Shown: positions 27,240 to 41,452, counted from the stretch's first letter. The stretch is DNA of 64,000 bases from Epiperipatus broadwayi (GCA_028023455.1 JAQFVV010000010.1:16740001-16804000); one strand, 5' to 3'. Notes: a model not told the origin generated them from the letters alone. Numbers and translations: made by a program.

Positions 27240-30200
27240 ATCAATATGGCAAGATTATGAGTGGAACAATGGAATTTGGAACAGACCTCTTCTAATTGTT
27301 ACTGTTGTAGATTTGAAAGGTATAAGTCTTTTACTTGTGGCCTGACAAGTCAATTTATCAAAATTTTGTAAAAATAAGCTACAAATGATAGAGGATTTAC
27401 CAATAAGGAGATAAATTGAGAGGAGTGTCAAAACACCACAAATGTGAGGTAAAAGAAAGCAATGATGATATGCCAAATATTTTATAAGATCGAAATAGAC
27501 AGTGAGACTGGGATATTATATTACTTAAGGATTGGGCAGTTATTAAGAAAAGAGCAAAAATAAATATAGTGATAAAGAAAATGAATTTGGTGGCAACAAG
27601 ATATAAATGGAAACAGAATAAACATCAGTGCCCTTAACAGTAAAAAGCAATAATAGAAATTTACTATTATATGTGGTTACAAGGAACATCAGCCTGATAT
27701 TAGAACAAAACTAATTCTAGCCTTTAAGGATTAAACTTAATGTTGTAAAAAGTGTAAATTTGGAAACTGAAATTAGAAGTAATTTTCCAAAACTATAAGA
27801 ATTCCACTTAGCAAAGTAATGTGGTCAGTTAATATAGAGTTAATGGATAAACCACAATAGCTCATATATATAGACTGAGGAACATCTCGTTTGCTCTTTA
27901 GCTGAAAATAAAGCACGGAAAGATTTTGTGAATAAGAGCATTATCATACCCATAGAGGAATTTTCTTGGGCTAGACTGATAATAACAGTATTGAAACTGA
28001 ATGGAAATCTGAGGATATATAGTGATCACTGGATTACTGTGAAAAGGTGCTTATCTCCACACAATGTAAGACTAATTAGCATCTCCACAGAAAACTAAAT
28101 ACTTTGCAAAAACTGGATTTGAAATTGGTATTTCACTAAATCCTGATTACATCCAGAACAGCCAAAATATTGACAATAAATATGCATATGTAAGTATTAA
28201 AATTTAACAAACTGCCACATGAGAAAACTATAGTACAACTTATGAAGTGATGTAGAAGGAACTATACCATTCTTACTCAACATTTTGGTAGTTGTTGAAA
28301 ATGAAATTCAATTAAAAAAAAAGAGCATACACAATCTGCAAAAAATTGAACAAGTTTGGCATTAGGTTGAATGTGGAAAAACATATATGGTTGATGAGGG
28401 AAATTAAATTCCTGGAACATATTGTTTTAGAGAATAGAAAATATTCTAACCCAGAGAAAGTGATAGTTGTAACAAATGCTCTGAAGCCAATACATATAAA
28501 GCAGTTACAAGATTTTTAAGACTTACTCAATTTCTTGGAAATATTCTTGAGTAAATCACATATAGCTATATCTCTTTATGAACTTCTATGAAAAGATCAG
28601 AGATGGAGAGAACTATAAGACCTTGCTTTCAAAAAAGTGAAGGGGCTGTTATCGAAAGAAATATACTAGCCCACTATTGTGAACGGAAAGAAATATTAAA
28701 AACACTTTTAAATTTGATGTTAGCGCTGTAATATCATAATACCTTGGAGGTGAATGTCTAATTGGCTTATGCATTTAGAATGTTGTCTATGGTTGATAAA
28801 AACTATCCAATTAGACAAGGAAGCTTTAGCAATTGACTTCACTGTAAAAAAGTATCACAAATATGTTTGAGTGGTCTTTTAAAATTTTGACAATAGGCCT
28901 CTATTGAGAATTTTCAGTAAGAATAAAAAAACCTGGACCACCATATGCTAAGATGGACGAATATCCTAGCTTCATATGACTACGAGTTTATTGTATAGGC
29001 CAGGAAAGCAAATAACATATGCAGATGACCCATTCAGAGCTCAAGATAAAAGCATGCACATCACATGTTAGTGAAAAAAACTATATAGATGTGTGAAGTC
29101 CAAAAAAGTTAAGAGTAAAATGGATAAGAACTATAACTTGATAATGACCAATAAAACAATCAAATCATGTAGCACTGACAATATGGAACACTTGAGAAAG
29201 TTGTTGATATGTTAAGAATGCATATTGATGAGAGACTAAGTAATGATTTCACCCATGGGAGGAAAAGTGTTTTATAGTTATTACACCAAAGACAATCCTA
29301 GATAATTAGAATGAAGGAATTAATGTATTCATGTGCTTGGTGGTCAGAGTCAAATAGTGATATTGAACAAAGAGTTAAAAAATGTTAAGCTTTCCAACAA
29401 ACAGAGTTTGCAGCTAAAAAAAATTTTAATCTTAGTCTGAAGCTATGAGAGAATGGGAAAGATCATGTTGCACCATTCCACAGATATATAGCAGTATATG
29501 CATATTCAAAATGGATAGAATATCATTTAGTAAAGAGATACCAGTACAGAGTATGATAAAAGTTTTAAAGTAACTTTTTTCCATGCATAAGTATCTCAAG
29601 TCAATTGTAATAGATAATGGCATGGGATTCAGCTCAGAAAAATTGACTTCCTTACTCTGAAGAGGACATGACATGTACTTATATCATCATATTACTCTTA
29701 ACCAAACAGTATTGCAGAAAAGTTGATCCATTTGAAAAGTACTCTGAATGAAAGAGATTATGCTAATATCCATGAAATGTTAACAATGGTGATGTTTTAC
29801 CAGCATTTCATGCCAAGTTTCATAACAAAAAAAAAAACACCAGTGGAATTACTACTGAAGCGCCTTGTAAGGACTCATTTGTCTGTTTTAATGCTGAATA
29901 AAGTCAAAAGAAGAGAGATAAACTTAGCACACATGAAGTTTAGTTTAAAAAGGGGATTGGATAAAGGATACATTTAAGAAAAAGTAGTTACCAGGAGAAA
30001 TAAGTAAAAGTGTCTGCACAAATACAAGAGATAAGATTAGAAGATAAGAATTTTATGATGGCATATAAATCATATTAGAGAACATTAAATTGAAATGCTA
30101 GAAGATACAATTACTACTCTGATCTTAAGACTGATGCTGATACAAATAGGAAGATGGAGGTAGAAGAAAGATCTTTGGAAAAAGAAATTGTAAGTCCTAG

Positions 30201-31020
30201 CCTAGATCTACAGGAGTTAACTACTTAGTCAAACAATGAAGTTACTATTGAAGAGAAAAGACCCAAACACCACTGAGAAGAGCTAGACTACGAAGAAACC
30301 AGTAAAGTTGCAAATTTTATTTGCAATATATTTCTAGAGTTAAGAGGAGGTATCGTTTGTGTACTGACTGGTTAGGTATTTATCAATAAAGATATACATG
30401 TGTGTGTGTGCAAACTGGTCTATACAGGCAATGTTGAGTCACCCTAGAAATAATTATATGCAGAAAAGAAGGAAATAGGACTAACTGCAAGTAAGCAATA
30501 TTCTAATTTGCATTTCAATAAAGTCTAACAATATGCAAATTATGAAGTTAATAAATAGCCTGCAAAACTTCTAATGGACGAGAGGAGTAAAAAAGCAAAG
30601 TGAAAAGCATATTAACCAAAACTCGAAGAATAGAGTGAAATAAGATAATGAAGTTGCAGATAAGATATAGCAGTAGAAAAGAGTTCCAGTCAAATCTAAT
30701 TAGGCTTACTCAAGAAAGGAGTAAACAGCAAAGTGCTAATGAACGACCGTCTATAATTATGGGAGTTAAAGAAATGTATAGTAATTAAATAAAGTCTTGT
30801 GGACTTAAAGATGAGTAGTAACTAATTATTTATCTATGTTTTGATTGTCTATTTATAGACTTATGAACTATTCTGTGATTAATATTGTTATTGCTTTTCA
30901 ACTAGCCAGTCACCAGTAAACTATTAATTATTACTAATATATATATTATTCAGAGTGAATAAATTCATTAAATTATTTGACAACTTGTGTGTTTCAATTT
31001 TAATTTATATTAAATGTACA
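27240..31020 (+). mobile_element. Degenerate Ty3/Gypsy (K02A2.6-like) retrotransposon: gag-pol, PPT and possible 3' LTR
   Basis: Broken frames give SWARLIITVLKLNGNLRIYSD (RT), LDKEALAI and WTNILASYDYEF (RNase H), SIVIDNGMGF and TPVELLLKRLVRTHL (integrase). Purine tract AAGAGGAGG at 30342-30350. LTR bounds (30351-~31020) are tentative and no 5' LTR was found. Confidence 0.8.
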
Positions 31021-31529
31021 GCTGTCAGATTAAAGACTGGTCCCATATATATCAATTATAAAAACGGGAGAGGTTATTAAAAAATAATGAATAGAATTTT
31101 ATACTGATAATTTCTGCAAATCAACTTTCTAAATAATTACTGCCAACACTACTAATACTGATATAATAACTGTAACGAATATTTTTTATTTCTTCCCAGT
31201 TTGATGAGTTTTATTTAATAAAATGTCACTAATATTTTATCAGTACAAAACATGTATATTGGAGATCATTAATTCTTTTCGCATATATGTGGTCACGTGT
31301 ATCGGTTGTATAAGATGGATGACAAAAAGGAACTTGAAAGTCTGGGTTCAAATCTCCTCTAATTACATCTAGCTTACAAGTATATATAATATACTTGTAT
31401 TTAAAAATTCAATTGAAAATTTAATAGCGAATTAATGTTAGTGCTTATTTTTAAAGTATTGATAGTTATAATTATATATTGGATTACTTTGATTAATTAG
31501 AATTGTTAAATGTCTAGAAAAAATCAAAT

Positions 31530-31900
31530 TTTATTTAAACTTTCCTAATATTGACACAGGTTAATATTCACCATAGTGTTTTGAATATTATTCTTTCTTC
31601 AAATAATTCTGGCCTAACCAATGACAACACTAGAATGGTAATTGTCCTTAGAATCTTTAGATTCATAGGGAATTTAAGGTAATGCTTTAAACTGATTAGC
31701 TACTATGTAAACGGCAAGTCAGAAATCTTATATACTTATCCACAAGAGTCTTTTTTTTCTTAAGGACAGGCAAACCATTATGAATTATCACATTAAGTTT
31801 TCTTATAGAATTATTTGCCATTATCAGGTGAACAGCTTATTTGAATTTTCTTCTTTTTACTAATAAATATTCTTATTTTCCCCAATCAAATATATGTTCA
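31530..31900 (-). repeat. Dispersed fragment homologous to 36870-37160 and 48995-49230 (5' part of a PLE family)
   Basis: Shared words AAACTTTCC.., GGCCT(A/G)AC.AATGACA, AGAAATCTTATATA.TTAT. Confidence 0.65.
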
Positions 31901-34808
31901 TTGTTATATGCATGATCTTCCACTTAATGTTTTTTTTTGCCTTTAATCATCATTTTGTGCTCTTTTAATTTTCAATTGATCAGCTGGTTTCACCATATGT
32001 CTTTCCATATTCATGTTATTTCATAGATGTAATTTTTGTTTTTTAGCATTTTCAATTTGAATTTTGTAAAGGATAGGATTCTTCATAGTGTACTATGACT
32101 TTAGAAAGCTGTTCTAGTATTACTGTGCTAGAATATTTTTATTAATTTGTCTGCTATCCATGATATGTATTTGTACATTACAGCACCTATAATTTTTACT
32201 TTTGTCCCCCCCCCCCCTTATTTAAGGTCTTCTAAGTGATAGCTAATAGACAACCATTCTTCATAAAAGTTGATTTTATGTAAGACTTTTTTTTATTCCA
32301 AATCGATTTCTGACTTTTCTTTTTCCACACCAGAATTCTGAACCAACTTCATTTTCTTGGTTCTATAGTGGTAATATAACTCAATTTTGGTTTCTGTTAT
32401 GATTGGATGCATATACTGAAACTATTACATTGTCAGGGTACATAAGCAGAAATAGCAGGGGTTTAAAATATAACATAAGGTTAGAAAAGAGTTAAAGCAC
32501 ATAAAGATAAAGCTATTGAATTAGTAGTTTTAAACATTAAAAAATTAGATTTAATATACATTTATGTGTATATGTGTGAATGAAAAATATTTGGTATGGA
32601 TATTACAAGAAATAAAAAAATGAAATATATTCAAATTACATACACTCAATACTAAAAGAAAAGAAAATATATATATATTTTTTTGTTAACTAAATATTTA
32701 AATGAGAGAAAAACTACTTCTCATACATTAAGATTTTTTTAAAAAAAATTGATTAAAATTTTATTTATTATAATTAAAGATATATATTTTTTCTAAATGC
32801 AGAAAATTTACAAATACAGAAATTCTTTTATAGTACATCATTAAAGAAAACTAAAAACAAATTATTAAGTTCAAAAAATTTAGAGATTAGTAATTGATTT
32901 TGATATTAACACATAAAAAAATGGTTTAATAAAAATTTGATACTATAATGATATTGGATTACATTTTAAAGAATTCTTTTATGATTTTTGTTTAATTAAT
33001 GAAAGAAAAAAAACTTTTATACTTATTTGTATTTATTAAGTTAAATTTAATTAAGTAATAAAATATAAATAAGTTAATTCAGAATAAAATTCTTAGAAAA
33101 ATTGAGCACATAATTAAAAAAGTGTAGAAAGGTTAAAAAAAAGTAGAAAGGGAAGTGAAATTGAATTTTAAGAAAGTGTAGCAATTTATTGTCATTACAA
33201 ATTAGCAAGTTAAAAGCTCATTGTAATAACAGCTTATCTTACATGGAAGAAAAGTTTGATTTCCAAATTTACTGAGTACCATGAAGCAAATTCTAAATGT
33301 CAGCAGCACATAAAATCAAGGTAGAATGCCAAATTTCCACTAGAAAATGCTACATCTAAATACAACTTCAAGAAAACATCAAACTTAAAATTTTGAGTAT
33401 AACAAAATGTGAAAATGAACAAGATTTAATCCTGCATAATTTGAAGCTTCACCATTATTCAATGGGAAAAAATATCTCACTGAACCAATGCTTATTTTGA
33501 ACCATAATAAAAACTTACATTTAAAATAATTTAAATATTAGTTAGTTTTAAAATTGCTTCCAGGAATATTTCTGCAAGTCTGTAAATGTATATGGTTGTT
33601 TTATATTTCTTTTATGTAAGGCTTTTATCTAAATAATTAAAAAAAATAGCATGTTTAACGTAGAAGATAAACTAGATTACTTTTAAAAGTTATTTAATGC
33701 ATTAAGAAAAAAAGTAATGACATATTGAATTTACTAGTTAAAAATCTTTATATTCAATGTCTTAGAAAGTTACTAGGAAATAATTTAAGATGTTATAATA
33801 TAAACTTAAGTGTTTATGCAAACATGCAACTGTGTATCATTCCTGTGTGAACACATTAAAATTATTTTTATGAAATTTATATAAGCATGATTATATATAT
33901 TATAGGCAAATTAAATGCTATGCTAAAGAGATAGAAGGCTTAATGTTAGATTATTTTATATTCATATGTTAAACATCAATATTTATAAATGTCTGTTATA
34001 AGATGCATACAAATAAAATATGTTGAAAAATAATGAGATTAGATATTAAATGTAAGAAGTTTTAGAATTAAAAAATAAAATATAATTGTTAAATCAATGG
34101 CAGTTTAGAATAAATTAGTTTGTTAATCTATATTTTAAAATAAATATACAGCTGACAATTGAGGTTAAATTGTTTCCAAATCGATAATCTGGGATGGAAT
34201 ATTTATCTAAACACGAGTGTTTTGATAGAAAAGAATATTGTTTACATATTTAATAATTAAGATTTAGCTATATCATTGCAGCTCTAATTATTGGCATATA
34301 TTACTTGTTATTCAAACACAAATATTATTGGCAATAAAGATTATGGAAGTTGTATTTGCTTCAGACTTAAAATGAAATATTTAATGAGACTGTGGTAATA
34401 TGGTTTGACACAAAATGGTTAAATAAATTTTAATATGCATGTTCTATCAGCACATACACACTTTTGAAATGGTATTGTAAGATATAAATTAAAATAACTA
34501 AATTTTTCATAGATAATGGAGATAAATAAAATTATTGATATCAAAGATGGAACCATTGCAAAAAGTGGTTGTCATCTCACTTTACCTTCAAATAATGGAC
34601 TAATTCATATTGAGCATATATAGCCAATGGCAAGGAAATTATGCTCACTGAATCCAAATGTTTCTATTAAGGATAGGGATTTGGCACCTTTTTGAAAGTA
34701 GAGTCAGAGAACAACTGTCCAAAGCTGAAAGGCAGAATCCACATTCTTCAGAGAACTATTGTCACAAAGCTAATGCAGAATATATATTCTCTATACATGT
34801 TCTGAGAG

Positions 34809-34963
34809 AATGCCACAACCCTTTAATAGTCCTTTATGTTATGGTAACCCCCAACCTTTAATTTTGCTGTTATGAATCAAGTGTTTCCAATAGTCTTAGA
34901 TGACCCTGTGAAAAGATTGTTCGACTCTCAAAGGGGTCACAATCCACAGGTTGAGAACTACTG
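34809..34963 (-). mobile_element. SPIN/URR1-like hAT MITE, one end truncated
   Basis: Minus strand CAGTAGTTCTCAACCTGTGGATTGTGACCCCTTTGAGAGTCGAACAATCTTTTCACAGGGTCATCTAAGAC..GATTCATAACAGCAAAATT..GGTTGGGGGTTACCATAACAT..ATTAAAGGGTTG is collinear with the URR1/SPIN-NA consensus as recalled from memory. Confidence 0.8.
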
Positions 34964-35429
34964 TTCAAGATCCAAATGCCAAGAGATCCAGAGTATCACC
35001 AGACCTACTCATGATGCAGGTTGTCACAGTATAGCTGGAAGTGGTAGGAAATATATAAGGATATATAGTCCATTCTTTCATAGTTCACCCTAGAACCTAA
35101 TCATTGTAAATACACAAACGTATATTTGTTTTTATTAATAAATAAAGAATAAAACATTTATATACTTTATTCAACTGAAAATTTATTATAAATGTGCGAG
35201 TTATACTTAACTATTTAATACTAACATATTAATAAATTGATATTATTTTGTTTTTCTGTACTTTATTATTTTAGAAATAAACCTGAGGTGGAGAGCAAAC
35301 CATCTGCATGAAACCTAAAAATTAATATTGTACTAAAAATACAAACTATAACATCCATATTGTGTGGATATCTATTTGGAACTCTATGGAATTACGTGGA
35401 TAACTAAGATAATGAATCACCTTTAAAGT

Positions 35430-37160
35430 CCATACATATTTTTTATCCATATGCAATTTTTTTTAGGGTGCATTAAATCTTGTTATTCCTATATAGAAGC
35501 ACACACCAGACTGTTACAATACTATTTTATTGTGTGGATTTTTCAATAGAATGTAGCTTTGATTTTGCCATATTCTATTTTTATTTCAAATTCAATGGTT
35601 AAGTATGTCCAAAATGTTTGTTTCACTATCCACCATACATGCCACTTTTGGTGATGTAGTAGTGATTAATTTCAAACTCTTCCATACAAATATATTACTA
35701 TTCCAGGATCACAGCCATCCTTTGATTTTATTAGAATGCTAAATTGTACTGTTATGCAGAACATTAAGAATGCCATTGAAATATTAATAGAAAGAGATGT
35801 TCTCGTTTCTATGCTATTATTCACATTAACATTCCCCTTACAATAATCAATGTTTCAACACAGAAAACATTTATAAATATGCTTTCCACATCAAAGCTTC
35901 ATGTCATTTCTTTCAATTTTCATGTTCTTGACATATTTCACAAAATGCTTAGGATCTCTGCCAAAGGGTTAAGAAACTTAAAAAAACATCTTACCAGTGT
36001 TGGCTAGATGATTTCCAAAACTAACCATAGTCTTAATGGAATACGCTCCTTATGTATATTAGGTTGACCATAAAGATATGAAACTTGCAGATATTGTTAA
36101 TCTACTTTTTCTGAATCAATGAACCTGTGATGCTGAGTAATGGTCGGAATTTTGCTTCTATAATCAGTATAGAATTTTTTCCATTTTTTTTGTACAGCCT
36201 GCTGTACATTACAATTGTAGCATTGCATTTGCAAGCAGAAAGAATGATTAGACTTGTCTCGTCTGAGATTTAATAGCTTTCCTCTCGACGACAACATAAA
36301 TGTTTGATTTGTTTTTTGTATCTTAATTCTCTACTTTTAGAGGCAAATTTTGATCAACTATATGTAATACAGGAATATTGAATGTGATGGTAAAGTTTAA
36401 TCCTTTTTCCAGAACAGAAGTTTCAGCACCTGGTAATGTCGAGAACTAAGTTTTAACTGATGAAGCTACTGGGTGGTACTGTGTGACATTTGATATGACA
36501 ATATAACTTTATAAGTTTCTTCTTTTGAAATTTTATTTTTTTCCATTAATTTAGAATGACTTTCTTACTGTTTGAAAAATTCTTGTGAAGTCCTCATCAG
36601 TAAGTTCATTTTTAAGCATTTATTCTTGGAATGCATTTTGATAGTTGAAAATCATTTGAGCATTCTTTCTGAATATTTTCTGCTAAGTGAATTGGAGGTT
36701 TTGGTTGAAAGCTAAGGACAATCCCTTCGGATATACAAAGAAAAGTTAAATTTTCTTTTTGGACCAGTTTTGGATATTATCTGGCCATACAGACTACTTA
36801 ATGTTTTTCAGTAATTTGGAATGACGTTTTACTTGTAATTATTTGGGACTATTTTTATCACTTAGAATTAGTCTTTAAAACTGTATTTAAACTTTTCCAA
36901 ACACATTCAACTGTTAATAATAGCACATTTGCTTCTTTAAATGTTGCAGGCCTGACCAAGTATAATACTAATATTGGTATCAAATATGCAAACTTTAGAT
37001 TCAATATTGAATTTAAAATATTCTAACTAATTAGGCAATTCTGTTAAAGGCAACAGTTAGTAGAAATCTTATATATTTATCTACAAAGATCCTTTTTTAA
37101 AGGGCAAGAATGGTTTCCAAACATTGCAATTATCAGTTATTTGCTATTATTATGTGAACA
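35430..37160 (-). mobile_element. Degenerate Penelope-like element, RT region
   Basis: DKSN, LYGQPNIHKERIPLR (LYGLPKIHK motif), SFDVESIFINV and FTIE-like motifs occur in order across frameshifts. Confidence 0.85.
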
Positions 37161-37873
37161 TTTTACAATTTTATTTTCATTTTTCCCTCTGTCCAATGCT
37201 TTTATTTTTTAAATGAACATGTTTACTAATACAAGCATGATCTGATACAATAAATATTTTTTCCTCTTTAATCTTCACCAATATTCCACATTCATATATT
37301 TCTAGATGCAGTTTTTGCTTTTCAATATATCCAGTTTGATTTTTATAGATGTTAGGATTTTCAGTGTATGATGGTTTTGGAAAGTTGTTGACATTATACT
37401 TACAAATTTTCTTTAGTGTGTCCATTGTTAGTTATGTATGAGGAGTATCCAAAATTGTTTTTTTTTTCTTTAAATGTTTCTTTTTAGTGCATGTTTAAGA
37501 TTTTCTTAATAGTTGAAGCATAATTCCTATTGTTTTCCAAAGGAAAATCACTTCAGAAAGCAGAGAAATCGTATACCACTAGAAAGGTATAAATAGTTGT
37601 CCATTTTTGGAGAGACACAGACAAAGAGTTTTAGAAGTCTCCATGCCCTAACGAGCAAGTAGTAAAAAGGGTAGATCACTGCCCACGCCTTCCTAAGACC
37701 TGAAATCTTCTGTTATGCTGCTGTCCAAATCTACCTTCAAAGAAGCCATCTGCCACCAACGTTGGCCCGCAGAACTACAAGGTAAAATGCCGAAGAGCTT
37801 AAAATTTATACTTTCATCAAGATGTTAGAAGCTATTATCGTTAGAATGTAAATATAATTTCTTAAAGCTAAAA

Positions 37874-38661
37874 TATAGGGTATATGAGCCCAGACTTTCA
37901 CACCACTCTATCTCATAACACTGATATACTTGAACACATATATGTTGAAAAAATAAATAATCACCAATATACGTATTTCATGCTAAACCAGCAATCATCA
38001 GTTGGTCCAGATTACCATCTCTACACATATATGCTATAAGTGCTCAGATGTATATTAAGATAGCCAATCTTCATACTTTAATGGACAGACTTCAATCTAC
38101 TCCTCACTCCAACCGTCTATCCAATTGAAAATCTGATGATGAACCCTTAAAGGCCACCCTGAGGCCAAGATTGTTGTCACACCCATGTTGACCATAGGTC
38201 CATCCCTTGTACATGTATTAAATGGATTATGTCCTGTACATCAGGGGTCAGATTGACCTTAGGTCAACATAAGTGTGACAACAGGGGTCAGATTGACCTT
38301 AGGTCAACATGGGTGTGACAACAATCTCGGCCTCAGGGTGGCCTTTGAGGGTTCCATCATCAGATTTTCAATTGGATGGACAGTTGAAGTAGATTGAAGC
38401 CTGTCCATTAAAGTATGAAGATTGGCTTTCTTAATATATATCTGAGCACTTATAGCATATATGTGTAGAGATGATAATCTGGACCAACTGATGATTGCTG
38501 GTTTAACATGAAATACGAATATTGGTGATTATTTATCTTTTCAACATATATGTGTTAAAGTGCACCAGTGTTACGAGATAGAGTGGTGTGAAAGTTTGTG
38601 CTCATATACCCTATATATTACATATATAGACACAGGTATATAATAAGCCTGTGTTTCAGTT
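37874..38661. mobile_element. 788-bp fold-back insertion with ~325-bp inverted arms and a 17-bp TSD
   Basis: Arms 37873-38198 and 38295-38616. ATTTCTTAAAGCTAAAA at 37857-37873 and 38662-38678. 40-bp tandem duplication at 38241-38320. Confidence 0.92.
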
Positions 38662-38699
38662 ATTTCTTAAAGCTAAAAAGAAGAATGTTTAAAGTTAAT

Positions 38700-40950
38700 G
38701 TTTTTTGAAAATCTTTTAGTTGATTCTTTATGTTTTTCATAACGCAAGCTCTCCATAATTTTAATATTTTGATTTATTTGTTTTTATATTAATTTTTAGC
38801 ATGAGATTTCATTCTTTGATTTTTTTTATTTATTTCGACAAACTTCACTCGCTGGGACTTAAAGAGAGTAATTTGCTAAGAGAGCAAATTATGTTTATTA
38901 GATGGAGTTTTAGCAAAGAACGATTTAATTTTAAAATAAAATAAGTTGAGCTATTTTTATTTTCGCGAGTGAGGTTAGGTCGAATATATATATTTCTAAA
39001 TAAATCTACCATAATTTTTTTAAATAATTTTATGATAGATTTCCGGGACGGGATTCTATAAATTTTAGATCTCTTTAAATTTAAAACAGAATAAAATATG
39101 CTACAGATTTTTGACCTAGTAACAACGCCGCTGGATAGCATCAGTTAATTATCATGCCTTTTTTTTTTTCAAGTTAGGAAAGAGGGGATTTATTCGAGAA
39201 TTAAATTTCCTTATTTCTATATGTATGATTTTGTAGGTTAAATATTAACATAAAGTAGTTGTTTATGCAGGTTGGTCTCTATGCAGTATTAGATCATTTA
39301 AGGCTATTTAATTATAATTCGTTCATATTTAATGATTATAATATCTTGGGTTAATAAAGAATGCTTGGAGTATCATGGACAGACCTAAAACGGTCATTGA
39401 TTTGGTGATTCGAAGTTAGCTTCTGGTTTCGCATACATCTGTGAATCGGGTAGTGTGGTTGAGATAGTGGGTTAGCAGGCGTGGTACCCGTATAGGCGGG
39501 CACATTGACCCTCCATAAGTCCTATCTCCTATCGGTATATGGACGCGATATGTGGACGTATTGATTTCCCTTTTTATTCTTCGTTGGAATAGCAAGGCGA
39601 GTGTCCGTAATCCAGCTTGTATGTTCCTACCTACGTTTCTTCTCTCCTTTGCATTCGTATATTTATTACCCCGAAGTTGTTTTGCTTTTCTTTTGCCTAT
39701 CTAATACGTAAGCCATAGGGAAATGTTTCTACTTAAGGATCTTCAACCTGAGTAATCAGATCTTTTGTTTTTTTTCGTAATTGGTTAAAATTATTTAATT
39801 TTAGCTAATTCGCGTTATAGTTCTTATAAGGTATGATTTTAGTTATAAGTCCAATTAAAGCGGCTTGTTGGTTTGATAATTGACTGATCTATTTTATTAT
39901 ATAACAGCTTACAGTTTTAATCACTGTAAAGTTAGTTATAAGCTATTCCAGCAAGGTCCAATAATGTCATAAAACACTAGTTAATTGAAATCTAAATTAT
40001 TATTTTTATAAAGAGAAATAAAATCATTTTTTTCTGTTAGTGGAGTAAGACGTTGAGTCAGTCTTATTGGAATTGTGTAGTTGATACCCATTTTTAATGT
40101 AAATGTTTTTTTTAAATCTTTCGTAAAGAAGAAGTAAAAATATTTATTCTTTATATGTCAGTTAGGCAGATGTTTAGACTTGCCGCTATATTATAAGCTT
40201 GTACTAAATGTGCACGGATAATTTTAAAATCCATTATCATTTAATTTTAAAATCTTTTTTGCAATAAATGTAAACCAAATAAATGTGTAACAAAACAAAA
40301 TGAAATGTTAACCGCTAATAAAAATTCGTCATAAACTTGTATAATTATAAAAGTTAATTTAAAGATTGTGTTTTTTGTTTTTAAAGAGCTTGAGTTAAAT
40401 ATTAATGTAAAATGCTTAATGATTTTTAAATATATATAACTAAAACAAAACTTCCAGTGTTCCTCCAATCATTTTTATTTACTTTTATTTTAAATATTAT
40501 TTGATTTTAAATTTATATATAAATCAATCACCCAAGTTCTCATTAATATAATAAAAATTGAATCTTATGCTTTAAGATTCAGCTGCTGTCGCGGTGAAAG
40601 TAAAGGAATTCAATAGTATCGTCGAGAAAGGCTATCGATAGGTAAATAGGGCAGAATCCACGATGTACCTGATTTATATATCTTGTATATGGTCAGGCTC
40701 GAGGTACTTTAAGGCTGTATTCCGGGTCTTGTTGGATCAATATATATATTGCTTATAACAGTTCTTTCATATACACTTAAACGCAAAGAAATTTTTTTAA
40801 AAACTTCTTTATTTAAAGCAGAGAAGCATAGAGCTCTGATGAAGACTGCTGGACAGTCTAAACTGTAAGAAAAATAAAGAAATTTTTAAGAAAATTTGTT
40901 TGCATTGAAGTGTATATAAAAGAACTGTTATAAGCAATATATATATATAA
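38700..40950 (-). mobile_element. 5' portion of a Penelope-like element with inverted, hammerhead-bearing end
   Basis: ORF 38845-39141 resembles the PLE N-terminal domain (VLNLKRSKIYRIP..KLNRSLLKLHL). The region is CpG-richer than its flanks. Inverted repeat 40741-40814/40872-40948 at the upstream end. Confidence 0.6.
40837..40868 (+). ncRNA. Hammerhead core (family B), inactivated by G12->U
   Basis: CUGAUGA-A-GACUG-CUGGA-CAGUC-UAAA-CUG-UA lies in the loop of an inverted repeat. Confidence 0.6.
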
Positions 40951-41346
40951 GAATGTCCTTGTTGAATTAGAAATGAGACACACAAAAAAGATTTTTGCCA
41001 TTAGAAGGCTACCAGTGATATTAATCATTGTTTGACTGCTTTTACAATGCGATTCCACCTCTGATACAATCTCCAATCACGGAAGACTGACTTCTGAATG
41101 ATGCCACCATTGTACATTGTATGTATAGAGAAAAAATACAATAGAACAAAAAAATTACCCAAAATGAGTTAATAATAATTTAATAATTCAGTAAATAAAA
41201 TTACCAATAGAATAAGATATGAAATTTGCAGCATACATATTCAATATGTATAAGACAATTTAAATAATCTATGTTTATTACTCTTAAATTTTTTTTACTA
41301 CTTACAATGGCTAACTTTAATACTCATTTCACACTAACTAGGTGAT

Positions 41347-41452
41347 ATAAAGAGCTCCCAAATAAGCTCTTAACAAGCTTTGCAGAATATCCCTAATCCC
41401 AGACCAGTCTAGGGTTAGCTTGTTAAGAGCTTATTTGCGAGCTCTTTATATA
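41347..41452. repeat. Short fold-back (~35-bp arms), family-C related
   Basis: ATATAAAGAGCTCCCAAATAAGCTCTTAACAAGCT pairs with AGCTTGTTAAGAGCTTATTTGCGAGCTCTTTATAT. The loop contains CCCAGACCAGT, similar to 57751. Confidence 0.85.

Noticed and set aside
36457-36485. CTGATGAAGCTAC.. hammerhead-like start
   Set aside because: No GAAA after the putative stem II, and it lies antisense within a PLE coding remnant.
38241-38320. CRISPR-like or satellite array from the 40-bp repeat
   Set aside because: Only two adjacent units with no spacers, in a eukaryotic context.
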